DNA from: a virus
Length of the DNA stretch: 64,000 nucleotides
IMG/VR virus record: IMGVR_UViG_3300045988_161200
Strand: one strand, 5' to 3'
Shown here piece by piece: positions 48,023-57,299 of this stretch. The notes beneath the pieces are model-generated. The model was not told the DNA's origin. It made no database searches and was given only the letters and a program-made list of their open reading frames with translations. The first letter of the stretch is position 1. Every line of letters begins with the position of its first letter. The position numbers and the translations under genes were made by a program.

Positions 48023-48047
48023 TGCTTTTAACGCAATTTATTGCGTT
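47999..48047. promoter_or_regulatory. two 18-bp palindromic operator sites
   Basis: AACGCAATAAATTGCGTT (47999-48016) and AACGCAATTTATTGCGTT (48030-48047). Half-sites AACGCAAT/ATTGCGTT. Confidence 0.7.
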
Positions 48048-48081
48048 TCTATGTTTACTACAAAATTGTGAGGTGCTTTTT

Positions 48082-48804
48082 GTGGATTTTTATGAAAGAT
48101 TAAAACAGGAGTGTAAAAAGAACAATACCACTGTAACTGCTTTACTTAAAGAGTTTAATATTACCACAGGAAGAATGAGTAGCTGGAGCAAAGGTGGTAA
48201 ACCAAATCCAAAAGAGGTCAAACTCTTTGCAGATAAACTAAACGTATCAACAGATTTTCTTATTACAGGAGAAGAATATACTTTTGACAACAAAATTGTT
48301 CTTTCCGCAGACGAAAACAAAATTATTAAAGAATATCGTTATTTATCCGATAAATCTAAAACAGAAATTCGCAGCACCCTTAATCATTTATATGATATGG
48401 AGATGCAAATGGAAATTTCATCCGAATTAGCCGTTCCAACAATTTCTATTCCTCATTCTCTGTTTAAAGTTTCAGCTGGTGTAGGTGAATGGCTTCCGGA
48501 AGAATCTTGGAATACGATTCTTATTTTAGATACTCCGCAGGCTCGTAAGGCTGATTTTGCTTTGACTATTGAAGGCGATTCTATGATGCCCGATTTTGAA
48601 AGCGGAGATATTGTACTTGTAAAAAAACAAGATGCTGTGGATATCGGACAAATTTGTATTTATATTATTGAAGACAACGGATATATTAAGAAATTTGGTG
48701 GAGATAGACTCATTTCTTTAAATAAAAAATATGATGATATTCTTTTTTCCGATTACGATATTCAAGATATCCATTGCAAAGGCTTGGTTATTGGAAAAGT
48801 ATAA
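48082..48804 (+). CDS. CI/LexA-type repressor (HTH plus S24 peptidase domain)
   Basis: N-terminal HTH (TVTALLKEFNITTGRMSSWSKGG) and C-terminal IEGDSMMPDFESGDIVLV ... GYIKKF (Ser/Lys dyad). GTG start after a GAGG RBS. Confidence 0.8.
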   Translation: MDFYERLKQECKKNNTTVTALLKEFNITTGRMSSWSKGGKPNPKEVKLFADKLNVSTDFLITGEEYTFDNKIVLSADENKIIKEYRYLSDKSKTEIRSTLNHLYDMEMQMEISSELAVPTISIPHSLFKVSAGVGEWLPEESWNTILILDTPQARKADFALTIEGDSMMPDFESGDIVLVKKQDAVDIGQICIYIIEDNGYIKKFGGDRLISLNKKYDDILFSDYDIQDIHCKGLVIGKV

Positions 48805-48823
48805 ATAGAAAGGATTTGATTTT

Positions 48824-48985
48824 ATGAGAAAATATCCACCTCCGAGATATACTAAACCCATAGTTGATAATGCAGGTGCATCACTCATTCTTATGATAAT
48901 AACAGTATGCTGTCCTCCTTTGGGACTAATTGCATACCTTATTGCAGGACTAATTGAGGAATTTTTTCTTTCTATGCGAAAATAA
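48824..48985 (+). CDS. small membrane protein downstream of the repressor
   Basis: 53-aa ORF with one TM helix, followed by a terminator. Confidence 0.45.
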   Translation: MRKYPPPRYTKPIVDNAGASLILMIITVCCPPLGLIAYLIAGLIEEFFLSMRK

Positions 48986-48988
48986 ATA

Positions 48989-49024
48989 AAAAGAACGTCT
49001 GTACCATAGACGTTCTTTTTATTT
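48989..49024 (+). terminator. rho-independent terminator
   Basis: AAGAACGTC-loop-GACGTTCTT followed by a T-run. Confidence 0.7.
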
Positions 49025-49041
49025 ACACTGAGAAATTTTAC

Positions 49042-49070
49042 TTGACAAATCTAATTATATACTGTATAAT
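49042..49070 (+). promoter_or_regulatory. promoter of a short non-coding transcript
   Basis: TTGACA, 17 nt, TATAAT. No ORF follows. Confidence 0.6.
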
Positions 49071-49077
49071 AATAAAT

Positions 49078-49175
49078 GTAGGGAATACGTTGGATAGACG
49101 ATAGTTCCCGACAAATTAATGATTTTAAGTGTTAATAATCCGCCTAAGTACCAGTTAGGCGGATTACTTCTTTAT
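49078..49175 (+). ncRNA. candidate ~100-nt sRNA
   Basis: Runs from the consensus promoter to a 12-bp terminator hairpin (49136-49166) plus a T-rich tail. No coding potential. Confidence 0.4.
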
Positions 49176-49253
49176 ACGACTAAAGATAAAATCAACCAGT
49201 GTAATAACACAGCTGACAATATTTATAATAGTATCAATAGAAATAACTTCCAC
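49164..49253 (-). CDS. candidate 29-aa hydrophobic peptide (type I toxin-like)
   Basis: GTG start: MEVISIDTIINIVSCVITLVDFIFSRIKK. The AAAGGAG lies too close to the start and is paired in a CCTTTG...CAAAGG hairpin. Weak call. Confidence 0.25.
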   Translation of the reverse strand: MEVISIDTIINIVSCVITLVDFIFSRIKK

Positions 49254-49392
49254 TCTCCTTTGCAGTTATTCCACAAAGGTTTGTGAATTTCGACCTACTT
49301 TCCAACCAATGTGGTGATGGTCGGGAGGTTTACCGCCTACTCTATACGTCCAAACTCTTCAAAACAACGCCAATGTATTCCCTACTGCTTGT

Positions 49393-49421
49393 ATTATACC
49401 ATGCTTTTCCAAATATGTCAA
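49393..49421 (-). promoter_or_regulatory. promoter convergent with the 49042 promoter
   Basis: Minus strand: TTGACA (49416-49421), 17 nt, extended -10 TGGTATAAT (49393-49401). Confidence 0.6.
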
Positions 49422-49496
49422 TATATTTATTATTCCGACAAATAAAAAAATAATCGTCACCTGACTAAAGATGACGATTATTTTTTTATATTGATG

Positions 49497-50510
49497 TTAT
49501 TTTCCAAGAAATTCATTGATAGATTTTTCTATAATATTTCTTCTTGCTTTTATGCTTGTGGGGCTTGTAGTATGTTCCCTAACGAGAGAAGCATATTCTT
49601 CGGGCATATTACCAAAGAATTTTCCAACCCATTTTGCAAACTGATCGGGTGTGTCGAATTTTTCCAGATATGGTAAATATCCTATAAGATGAGTAGGTTT
49701 GAACATCAGTTTGATGATATCTGAATTTTCCTTCTCTATTGCCATAAGCTTATATGCTTCAAATATAAAATCATACGAAGATTTAAGCTGTTCCCTTTCG
49801 TCTGCATCAATGCTCAAAACCTTCATGACCTCATTGACGTGGGCTGGAGTGAGATTTGGTTCTTCCTCAAAGAGAGCTATCCACGATCTGATTATGATTT
49901 CCTGCTGTTTAAGGGCTTTTCTTTCCGTTGGGGTGAGCATTACATTAAACAGCTCGTGGCTGGTAAGCTCCTTGATATCTTCCATTCCCTGCTTATAGGA
50001 ACGGGCGATATCGAACTTACTAACCGTTTTTCCGTTATTAAGTCTGCGGAAAATAAGGGATTCCTGCTCGGGTGTAGCATTTTCTATTATAGAAACGTTC
50101 AGAGTTGTATCAAGTATCCAGCTTTGGAGTTTGGGAGGAAGCTGCTTAAAACGCTTACCCTGAAGCTTAACGGGTTCTCCGTTGAGGTATATATCAGGCT
50201 CGTTTGTCAGTCCCGTGAGGGCAAAATCTCCGTCTATATAATGGATTATAGTTGTTCCTCTTTGCTTTCCGTCAAAGATTTTCAGGAGAGTATTTCCGTT
50301 GGGGAGTTCCCTTACACCTGCAATAAATGGAGACTGTGCATCGGTAATCTTCAGTAATATTGAATGAATATAAAGGGATTTTCGGGTATTGCTCCACACC
50401 TCTCCACGCTGCATATCGTCCGTGAAGTCAACCTCGGGGACGTCTTCATAGTACATATTGTAAAGAGATTTAATGCTGATACCTTTTTGGTACATCTTAA
50501 ATTTATCCAT
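49497..50510 (-). CDS. DUF262-domain protein
   Basis: DMQRGEVWSNTRKSLYIHSIL ... IFDGKQRGTTII. The start is set at MDKFKMY after an AGGAGG RBS. Confidence 0.75.
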   Translation of the reverse strand: MDKFKMYQKGISIKSLYNMYYEDVPEVDFTDDMQRGEVWSNTRKSLYIHSILLKITDAQSPFIAGVRELPNGNTLLKIFDGKQRGTTIIHYIDGDFALTGLTNEPDIYLNGEPVKLQGKRFKQLPPKLQSWILDTTLNVSIIENATPEQESLIFRRLNNGKTVSKFDIARSYKQGMEDIKELTSHELFNVMLTPTERKALKQQEIIIRSWIALFEEEPNLTPAHVNEVMKVLSIDADEREQLKSSYDFIFEAYKLMAIEKENSDIIKLMFKPTHLIGYLPYLEKFDTPDQFAKWVGKFFGNMPEEYASLVREHTTSPTSIKARRNIIEKSINEFLGK

Positions 50511-50576
50511 AAAAAATCCTCCTGACAAAATTAAAAGTAATGATAGAACAAACATAATCATCATTTCAATGATTTA

Positions 50577-50605
50577 ATAATATCATACTTTTTTTCATTT
50601 GTCAA
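50577..50605 (-). promoter_or_regulatory. promoter of the second DUF262 gene
   Basis: Minus strand: TTGACA (50600-50605), 17 nt, TATTAT (50577-50582). Confidence 0.55.
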
Positions 50606-50658
50606 GAGGATAGCTTTATCTTATTATTTACTTGCAAATTCATAGAACTTGCGTTTTA

Positions 50659-51115
50659 TTATATCTTAGTTACTGAAATAATATTCTTTCCGCCCTTTCT
50701 TGAATATGTTGTTCTTGCAATAGTATTTATACTATATGCTCTTGCTTCTTTATCAGCTTGTTCAATAAGTTCTTTATAACGTTTTTCTCCAATTTCATCC
50801 TTAACAAGCTGTTTGAACCATTCATAGATATTCATATTCATTTCAATATTATATTGAGATTTTATATCTTTAAGCTCTTTTAACTGTTTAAGTTTTATAT
50901 TTTTTGCTTCAATAGCACTTTTTTTCCCACTCCTTATTTCTTTTGCATTCTGGAAGCTTTTTATTTTTTGAAATTTGATTATTTATTTCTTCAATGTCAT
51001 GTCCTAATTGTTTTATTTTCTGAGAATAATAGTTTCCGCTATAACTCCACTCGTGATGGCAATTTGGACACGATATTTGATATACTCTATTTTCATTTGA
51101 CATAATAAAATCCAC
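50659..51115 (-). CDS. zinc-ribbon/coiled-coil protein, frame broken at an A7 run
   Basis: The 50909-51115 (CPNCHHEW) and 50659-50841 ORFs join as ...KEWEKSAIEAKNIKLKQLKEL...MNMNIYEW if the run at 50919-50925 is one base shorter. Confidence 0.4.
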
Positions 51116-51245
51116 CTTTCATTAAATTATTCCAATTCCTCAATCATCTTCTTGACACGCTCAATTTCTTCCGATTAAGTTTTTATAAAAATTTTTCCGA
51201 TATATTTATTTTAAGCCCATATCTGACCTTCTCTAATTTCTTATC

Positions 51246-51536
51246 TCATTGAATATTACTCCTTTCATTTAATTTTGCCATCAATTTAGAATGTTTATCC
51301 CATTCAGAAGGACTAAAACATTTTACTGACGGAATCTCAACTATATGATCTTTATAACTGCCTGTGAACATATAACCGGTCTGTATTTTTTCTTTCTTTA
51401 TGATCTGTATTTCTGATTCCATCGGAATAATAATAGTTTTACACGTGTTAATGTCTTTTACCTTTTGCTCAACTGATGTATGAATAATATCACCCTTTTT
51501 AACTGATTTCATATATAAATCCTCTTTTCTTATCAA
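51246..51536 (-). CDS. hypothetical protein
   Basis: 96-aa ORF. Confidence 0.5.
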   Translation of the reverse strand: MIRKEDLYMKSVKKGDIIHTSVEQKVKDINTCKTIIIPMESEIQIIKKEKIQTGYMFTGSYKDHIVEIPSVKCFSPSEWDKHSKLMAKLNERSNIQ

Positions 51537-51792
51537 ACAGTAATTTTATTTAAGTAAGTAACTATGTTTTTTAACAACTTCCTCAAATGGTTTATTATCT
51601 TCCGTTCGTCCGTCTTCATTGTCGTTAAATATAGGGTCAATCACAACTGAAAAGTTGATTCCCTTATAATTAACAATAAGTTTTCCAGTCGCACTATTAC
51701 CCATTGCTACCTCAAACCCCTTGATATTGTTTAATACATCAAAAATTTTATGTGTTATATTAGAGTTTCTATTATCTATAATAATTCTCCTT

Positions 51793-51972
51793 TCAATTCA
51801 TAGCCTTCTTAGTACGATAGTTCCAGTCCGTAAAACACTTATGTATTTCTTCCTTAATAACATCAGCAGTCAGGAACTTATAATCATTCCGTTCAATAAT
51901 TCGCTAATATATTTCTGATTCAGATATTTCACAAACTGTTTCTTCCGCTTCATCTTGGTTCATGCAGTTCAT
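51793..51972 (-). CDS. small protein only if an in-frame TAG is decoded
   Basis: ATG 51972 with a GGAAG RBS, TAG at 51906-51904, TGA at 51795-51793. It fills the intergenic gap exactly. Confidence 0.3.
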
Positions 51973-51987
51973 AAAATCTTCCTACTT

Positions 51988-52548
51988 TTATTTCTGCCAC
52001 CAATTTTCATAAGGAGTACCCTCCCAGTTGAGACCTTCAATTAACCTACTGGATATAGCTTTGAGTATCTCAGGATTATTATTTTCATTGATAAGGCGGT
52101 TCATATTAACAGTTTTTCTATCCTTGCGGTATTTAGCAATAAACGCAGCAACGTCCTCCATTGTAGTTTCTGATGTTTCAATCGCATACATATCAGGAAA
52201 CCAAATATCTGAAAACCCAACCCAAGATGTATATTGTTTAGCATATTCTCCAGTCATCATAGGTACTCTAATGCCATCATTAAATAAGATTTCTGAAATT
52301 TCATGCCCAGTTGGTGTCTTAAAGTCAGCCGTGATACTGAATGTGCTATCAAGAGTAAAAGAATACATATCATAACAGGGTTCTTCAAAGCCATAAGCTC
52401 CTTCAGTACGATAATCTGCCCCAATTACAGTTCTTGAACCACATCCTCCACATACAAGTAACAATTCTTTGTTGTTATATATTGCATTTTCAATTTTATT
52501 TTTAGGGAAAACGTGAATCCTTCCACAACTACATACTCTTACTTCCAT
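51988..52548 (-). CDS. hypothetical protein
   Basis: 186-aa ORF with an N-terminal CxC...CGGC zinc-ribbon-like segment. Confidence 0.55.
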   Translation of the reverse strand: MEVRVCSCGRIHVFPKNKIENAIYNNKELLLVCGGCGSRTVIGADYRTEGAYGFEEPCYDMYSFTLDSTFSITADFKTPTGHEISEILFNDGIRVPMMTGEYAKQYTSWVGFSDIWFPDMYAIETSETTMEDVAAFIAKYRKDRKTVNMNRLINENNNPEILKAISSRLIEGLNWEGTPYENWWQK

Positions 52549-52776
52549 AATAATATCCTCCTATAATTCTGAAATTTGAATTTTATTAAGCAATTTTTCC
52601 GCTCTGAATAAGCCCCGCATTATTTATTCCTTCATATTATTTCCTACTTTGAATTTTCCAACTTTGACAGTCTTATTCAGACTGTCAAACGCTCAGAGTT
52701 TAATGGACTGTTTATAGCTACTCAGACAGCTTAATCAAATCGTGATTTTATCCATACACTACTACATTTAATTATA

Positions 52777-52977
52777 TCATTTTGTAAAGTGATAATCAAG
52801 GCTTTTGCTGAATTTCATCGCCTCATAATTCAATCGATCCTGTCTCCTTCTGTCGTATTCTTCCGATAGACTGAATGTATTGTCATACCAGATGATCTCC
52901 GCAGCTTGTTGTGCTTCTCCTCTATTTCCACTGAATAATCCAGTGAGAATAGTTGAAAATTCCGATGTGTTGATCAT
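52777..52977 (-). CDS. hypothetical protein
   Basis: 66-aa ORF. Confidence 0.45.
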   Translation of the reverse strand: MINTSEFSTILTGLFSGNRGEAQQAAEIIWYDNTFSLSEEYDRRRQDRLNYEAMKFSKSLDYHFTK

Positions 52978-52978
52978 A

Positions 52979-53248
52979 TCAAGCCACCTTTCCCCTTTCT
53001 ATAGCACTAAACATTACCCTACAAGGAATTTCATTTTCAGTATAATATATTATATCGTCAATATCTTCCACATCTTCCACGGTGTCATCAAGATTCAATG
53101 CTTCCTTGTAATTATCAATAGCCATTGAAATGGCTTCTTCCGCAGTGTCTGCCTCCACTTCAGGGTAGGCATCGGAATCCCAGATATTACAATCCGGTTC
53201 ATTGTAAAAATTCTTGTTAACCTTTATTTCAACAGTGTAATTTTTCAT
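52979..53248 (-). CDS. hypothetical acidic protein
   Basis: The start is set at MKNYTV after a GGAGG RBS. Confidence 0.5.
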   Translation of the reverse strand: MKNYTVEIKVNKNFYNEPDCNIWDSDAYPEVEADTAEEAISMAIDNYKEALNLDDTVEDVEDIDDIIYYTENEIPCRVMFSAIERGKVA

Positions 53249-53267
53249 GATAATTTCCTCCATTTGT

Positions 53268-53450
53268 TTATTCGCTCATAGCTTGACTTAACAGGCTAAA
53301 AGCATTGTACGGATTTTCCAATGGATCAGCATCAAGTTTATTATGTATATTGACCTCGAAAAAACTTCCGAGGATATACAATAATATTACAGTGCTTACA
53401 AGGTTTATAATATTTATATTCCGTTTTGTTGTTCTTACTTTTGTTCTCAT
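53268..53450 (-). CDS. small membrane protein
   Basis: 60-aa ORF with a TM helix and a GGAGG RBS. Confidence 0.45.
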   Translation of the reverse strand: MRTKVRTTKRNINIINLVSTVILLYILGSFFEVNIHNKLDADPLENPYNAFSLLSQAMSE

Positions 53451-53585
53451 TTTATTTTTTCCTCCGTGTTATTTTTTGATCTGAAGCCATATATCTTCAC
53501 ATACGCCTGCGAAAAAATAGAGCATTAAAACTATTATGAACATTGAATTTTTCCTCCTTTTATCAAAGTCATCAAAGTATTGTTT

Positions 53586-53927
53586 TTATTCCTCTTCAAA
53601 GTCAATATACTGCTCAATATCTGACTTTTCGGTAATTTCTGTAGGAGTTTCCAACGCCCATATATAACTAATCTGATAACGCTTATTATCATAATCAAGA
53701 TAATAATTATCGTATATGTCAAGCCTGCAACCGTCACGGATTCCAGATATATTATTGATAACGTCCTCTGTTGTATCCTCTGCAATTCCGTGATCGTTTA
53801 ACCATTCCGAAAAATAGTAGCATATTCCAGCGGCAAAAACACTGTTTAATCTATACTTGTTTTCGTTCTCAGAATAGATAGATGGAATAACGTTGAATTT
53901 TTCTCCGTATGAGTTTTTAATAGTCAT
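53586..53927 (-). CDS. hypothetical protein
   Basis: The start is set at MTIKNSY after a GGAGG RBS. Confidence 0.5.
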   Translation of the reverse strand: MTIKNSYGEKFNVIPSIYSENENKYRLNSVFAAGICYYFSEWLNDHGIAEDTTEDVINNISGIRDGCRLDIYDNYYLDYDNKRYQISYIWALETPTEITEKSDIEQYIDFEEE

Positions 53928-54011
53928 AATGTTATAACCTCCATAATATGTATTATTCCGCTTGTGTGATTGCGATGATGTATGATTATTTTGCAATTCA
54001 ATTCAAACATT

Positions 54012-54290
54012 TTATTGCTGCTTATCCTTCTCAATAGAAACCACTCCGCAGGGCGTATCGCCGTCTATACAACTTTCTCCTTCAAAATGCCTCACGCAGT
54101 CTTTTAATATGCAGACCCTTTGAAAAGTATCTACACTATCAAGGTTAATCTTTTTTCCGTCAAAGTCTGTTAGTGTACGATGGTCAACGAATTTTTCATC
54201 TCCATACAATGTAAAAATTACCTTGAAATCATGGCAAGATTCCGTTTTAAAGTATTTTCTCTCATCTATGGTATAAGTTACTTTTCGCAT
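54012..54290 (-). CDS. hypothetical protein
   Basis: 92-aa ORF. Confidence 0.5.
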   Translation of the reverse strand: MRKVTYTIDERKYFKTESCHDFKVIFTLYGDEKFVDHRTLTDFDGKKINLDSVDTFQRVCILKDCVRHFEGESCIDGDTPCGVVSIEKDKQQ

Positions 54291-54450
54291 GGTTTATTGT
54301 CCTCCTGTTTAATTTTCCGTTAGTGTTCGTGGCGTTTGGTTCTTCCTCATATCCTCATGCAGATAATCGGGAGATGTGCAGCGGAAGCAGTTTATTTCTT
54401 CCGCTGGTGTGATATTATGCATATGTTTTGCCATTTGTGCCTGTTTTATA

Positions 54451-55014
54451 TTACTTGTAAATCATGATGATATAATCCTTATACAGCGTTTCCAGATCAT
54501 CAATATAACGACTATCAAAACAACCATATTTTGACATTTTAGTAATAATATTACCCTTGTCTTTTATACTATAAATGTCTACATCTTTCAGATCGTGCCA
54601 TCCGTCAAAGATTATTAATGACTTATTATAAAGATACATTTGCATATTATTGTGCTTTCTAATGCGCTTGCATTCCATCTTTATAACATCGGCATATTGT
54701 GCATAGGTCGTAAACTCAAAGCGATTAAACACGATTTTATCTACAACAGGAAATCCAAAATCGTTAAAATATATCAACGTGTACTTGTTTCCGCTTTTCA
54801 AATTTGCGTTGAATATAGCTTTCTGAAATGGATTTGCAAATTCGTTGATAAGCCGTGCATAATCTTCAAAAGCTTTTCCTTCTGTATCGGCTATGTATGT
54901 TCTCAACTCATCTCCGGCAAGAGTCAACGCCATGCTTTCGAATACGTTTTCTTCTAGCTGCACTGTATCAATAATAATTTCACACTGAATTGTGTAGCCC
55001 CGTTTAATGTGCAA
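54451..55014 (-). CDS. hypothetical protein
   Basis: 187-aa ORF. Its start codon is overlapped by a tandem ATTGCAC motif. Confidence 0.5.
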   Translation of the reverse strand: MHIKRGYTIQCEIIIDTVQLEENVFESMALTLAGDELRTYIADTEGKAFEDYARLINEFANPFQKAIFNANLKSGNKYTLIYFNDFGFPVVDKIVFNRFEFTTYAQYADVIKMECKRIRKHNNMQMYLYNKSLIIFDGWHDLKDVDIYSIKDKGNIITKMSKYGCFDSRYIDDLETLYKDYIIMIYK

Positions 55015-55210
55015 TGTGCAATATGTTTCATTATATAAGTCCTCCTATCAAATACACGTTTTATTTTTTAGCTGTCTCCCACTATTGCGAGAGACTAACA
55101 GCTTACAGCCGTTTAACCGCGCTGTTATGCTTATTGTGCATACCTTACGGGGGAAAATCCCCCGTAAACGCTCAGAGCCTAAATGCCTTTTTATACACGC
55201 CCTGACGTGT

Positions 55211-55402
55211 TTAATGTTCTGCTACCGCATACGCACCAAATTCAAAATTGTTGTAACCTCTACAGATAACGTTTCCGTTGTTATCAGTGATAATAACATC
55301 TGTACCCAACTCAACGACCCACTTTTTAGCGTTTCTGCTATTGGTGTGAATTGTGTTGCCATAGCCGTAATGCACAATATACCTTGTTTTCATAACAAAC
55401 AA
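55211..55402 (-). CDS. hypothetical protein
   Basis: 63-aa ORF with a GGGAGG RBS. Confidence 0.45.
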   Translation of the reverse strand: MFVMKTRYIVHYGYGNTIHTNSRNAKKWVVELGTDVIITDNNGNVICRGYNNFEFGAYAVAEH

Positions 55403-55814
55403 CCTCCCAAAAATTTTTTAATTTATGCAGATAAGCACTTTATGAAGCCGTCAAACAGATTTTATTATTTACTTGTGTTTGACGGCTTGAAAAATGTTTA
55501 TCCTTCAAAAGCCTGTGTTTATTACTCCCTTTTTCCAAACTGAAAGAGCTTTTTGACTTTTAAGAGTCTGCATTATTTCAATATAACTTTTCATATGTTT
55601 TAACCTCCATAATTATTATTTGCTTATCTTTGGCACGGCTTAAAGGGATTTACCTTTTTGTCATGATATGATCGGCTGATTTTTGGCTCAACCGTTGAAA
55701 CCATTGTGTTAGATTGGTTCTATTGCGCAGGCTCTTGTAGCTTGCTTTTTGTGTGACCTTCTGAAAAATTCGGAAAGTCTGAAGCGGAGCACCTGAATGA
55801 ATGTTACTTTTATT

Positions 55815-56300
55815 TCAGTCATTTTTAACATCTCCTAATAATATATTAATTTTTTCTTTGGTTTCGCTAATTTTTTGAGCAAAATATTTAACGTCTATTG
55901 AATTATTTTCAATTTCTGCCTCTTCTAACAGCATTTGATATGTATCTAAATTATTTTGTAAATTATGTAATGTTTGATGATAAACTTTCGAAGCTCTATC
56001 ATTTTTGTTGCGTAATTCATAGAGTCGGTGCAAACTTTTTAGGTCTTTTTCTTTTGCCCTTATTTCAATGCTCTTCTGAGCCTTTGTAGCTTCATCTGTT
56101 GTCAGTGCAAAATAGACCTTTCCGGCACCGTTACGGGATACTGTTAATGTTGCCATGCGTCCGTTCCAGACATAAGAATTATTTTTAAAATAATCTCTAC
56201 ATACTGCAACTTGTTTAATTGTCAGCCAGCAGAAATTGTTAACGCCGCAGCGTGCAAAAATTGACGGCATGAAAACGTCATTAAACCAACTATTCTTCAT
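55815..56300 (-). CDS. hypothetical coiled-coil protein
   Basis: 161-aa ORF. Confidence 0.5.
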   Translation of the reverse strand: MKNSWFNDVFMPSIFARCGVNNFCWLTIKQVAVCRDYFKNNSYVWNGRMATLTVSRNGAGKVYFALTTDEATKAQKSIEIRAKEKDLKSLHRLYELRNKNDRASKVYHQTLHNLQNNLDTYQMLLEEAEIENNSIDVKYFAQKISETKEKINILLGDVKND

Positions 56301-56390
56301 TATTTCACCTTCTTTTAATTCATAATCCCGACGCCGTGAAGGCGTTTCGTCTTAATTTTCAAAGACTCGTCAGGGGAATTTAGAAGATTG

Positions 56391-56543
56391 TTAATTTGCG
56401 TAAATATGCCATTTGTAAACCGTGATTCCAGCTTCAGAATATTTATTTAAAATATTCTGAATTTCGTTTTCGTTCTTGATAGTCTCAACGGTGTAACCTT
56501 CTTGATTCTTAATGCCGTTATCATGCCAAATTATAACATTCAT
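56391..56543 (-). CDS. small hypothetical protein
   Basis: 50-aa ORF below the track cutoff: MNVIIWHDNGIKNQEGYTVETIKNENEIQNILNKYSEAGITVYKWHIYAN. AAAGGAAG RBS. Confidence 0.35.
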   Translation of the reverse strand: MNVIIWHDNGIKNQEGYTVETIKNENEIQNILNKYSEAGITVYKWHIYAN

Positions 56544-56584
56544 TTTATAACTTCCTTTCGTTTTTGTCAAGTTGAAAAATACGC

Positions 56585-56613
56585 TTGACTTTGTTTTTGT
56601 TTTGTGATATTAT
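56585..56613 (+). promoter_or_regulatory. sigma70-type promoter
   Basis: TTGACT, 17 nt, TATTAT. Confidence 0.5.
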
Positions 56614-56894
56614 TTAGGTTGGGAATTTTGTTTTCTTTTGTTTTCCCTTCCCTTATCTTGATTATATTATAACATATACATAGCAATATGTAAAGCAAGT
56701 CAATTTGTGCAATATAACGGAATTTGTGCAAAATGACAATGAAATATGAGTATTAAACAGTGTATAAATAGTTGAATATACTGTATATAGTGTATATTTG
56801 TTGTGATATTGCACAAATTAAGGGAATATAATCACAAATTTTGAAAAATAGCATATAATAATACACAAATATTATAATTGGGAGCTGTTTAGAT

Positions 56895-57077
56895 ATGAAG
56901 GAAAGTGTGAAAAAAGCATTAACAAATTATTATAATAAAAACAAGCAATTAAATATTACAATAAGTAATGAAATATATGAATTGTTTATCAACTACTGTA
57001 AACAAAATGATATTACAAAAAAAGAAGCTATTGAAACGATGATAACATATTGTATTGATAATAATATACTTAATTGA
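56895..57077 (+). CDS. ribbon-helix-helix (CopG/Arc-like) protein
   Basis: 60-aa ORF with a GGGAG RBS. A beta-strand-like LNITISNEIYELF is followed by two helices. It is embedded among TTGTGCAA-type repeats. Confidence 0.5.
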   Translation: MKESVKKALTNYYNKNKQLNITISNEIYELFINYCKQNDITKKEAIETMITYCIDNNILN

Positions 57078-57299
57078 TATACTTTAATGTAGTAAATTAT
57101 TTGTGGAAGCATCGGAGCTAATAGTCAAATATAATCAGAACGTGTAAATTGCATTTGTCAATAGGTAAATGTGCAAATAATTATATAATGTATTGTGCAT
57201 ATTGTATAATAACAGTCTGAGCCGGAAGCATAGCCGTGAGTGCTGCTATAATGCGTTATACGGCGTTTTGTTTATAGTGGTATAATTACCCTAACAGAT

